Positions 63,249 through 64,000 of a DNA stretch of 64,000 nt are shown here, one piece after another. The stretch is from Podarcis pityusensis. Taxonomy: Eukaryota. Made by a program: the position numbers and the translations under genes. The first letter of the stretch is position 1. Each line of letters opens with the position of its first letter. The notes beneath the pieces were generated by a model, which was not told the DNA's origin, ran no database searches, and was given only the letters and a program-made list of their open reading frames with translations. Location: the NCBI GenBank assembly GCA_964106645.2, contig OZ067039.1. One strand, 5' to 3'.

Positions 63249-64000
63249 AACTATGATGTAGAATAGAATGCGAGAGGAGGGGGTGCCACTGAAATTTGAG
63301 ACCCCAAAGTCTGCCACTTCTATCCACCTACACCCTTCCAAAATGCAATAGCAGAAGCAAATCACCAGAAGCAAATTCTTGTAATGTGATCTTGATTTAT
63401 GCACTTAAAAGCAATTCAGTTCTTAATGAGAAACCTATAATTCTCCAAAGATCACTTGTGTAAATTATGCGGAGATGCAAATATTTCAACATGATGTGAA
63501 ACCACAAATATGTTAGTTAAAAAAAAAAGTGATACCGTGTGACAGTTTTTAGGGAATTTTAAATATTTGGTGGCAGAAACACATGACACAGAGAACAGTG
63601 TGTACAAAGGTCTTGAAGGGCATTTATGGGATGGGACAGGAGATATACAGAGCACAGACTTCCTTGCCTCTGGCTGCCGAAAACCCCACTTACGTTTTCA
63701 CAACGTTTTCACAAAGTACTGTCTGCACATTTTCAACCCCCCCCCCCAATAATGCTGATGACTAGAAACTTCGGTGTTGCTTTTTTAAAGTAAAACTGAC
63801 ATTATTGGAAAAAGAAAGATGTCTTGACACCCCAGATTCCATTGCAATTGCAGTTATGAAGATTTTCAAATGCACATGCCCTTCCCAGACTCATTCACCT
63901 AATACTGCCTTTCACTCAGTGTGTTAAGACATCCCCATTATCTATCCCCTCCCAACAGTCCTGACCTATTGGATTGTTGAGACCCGATGTGACAATCTCC

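Noticed and set aside
1-64000. CRISPR arrays, operons or prokaryotic defence systems
   Set aside because: The window is intron-containing vertebrate DNA and has no regularly spaced repeat-spacer array.

Overview
This is eukaryotic DNA from a vertebrate, almost certainly a squamate reptile and probably a lacertid lizard, judging from Sauria SINE, BovB, CR1/L2 and squamate tRNA-SINE repeats. It is the block syntenic to human 17q25.3. In order it holds ARL16 exon 1 (-), sharing a bidirectional CpG promoter with the complete HGS gene (+, 21 coding exons, 759 aa). Next is an intact six-exon METTL26/DUF938-family methyltransferase gene (-, 204 aa) that the ORF track almost misses and that has no counterpart at this position in human. 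Then come MRPL12 (+, 5 exons, 189 aa), SLC25A10 (+, 11 exons, 286 aa) and a final CpG island with a non-coding first exon, probably GCGR by synteny. The main findings are the METTL26 paralogue (likely a whole-genome-duplication copy with altered conserved motifs), a probable U12 AT-AC intron in ARL16 and a GC-AG intron in HGS. Also notable are a decayed Gypsy-type RNaseH/integrase fossil after MRPL12, a compact E-box/DR2/C/EBP/FOXA enhancer candidate, a Penelope-derived fold-back insertion, and several young MITE/LINE insertions with intact target-site duplications (TSDs) at promoters. All exon models were read by hand and checked for splice phase. No database searches were run, and comparisons with human and other genes are from memory.
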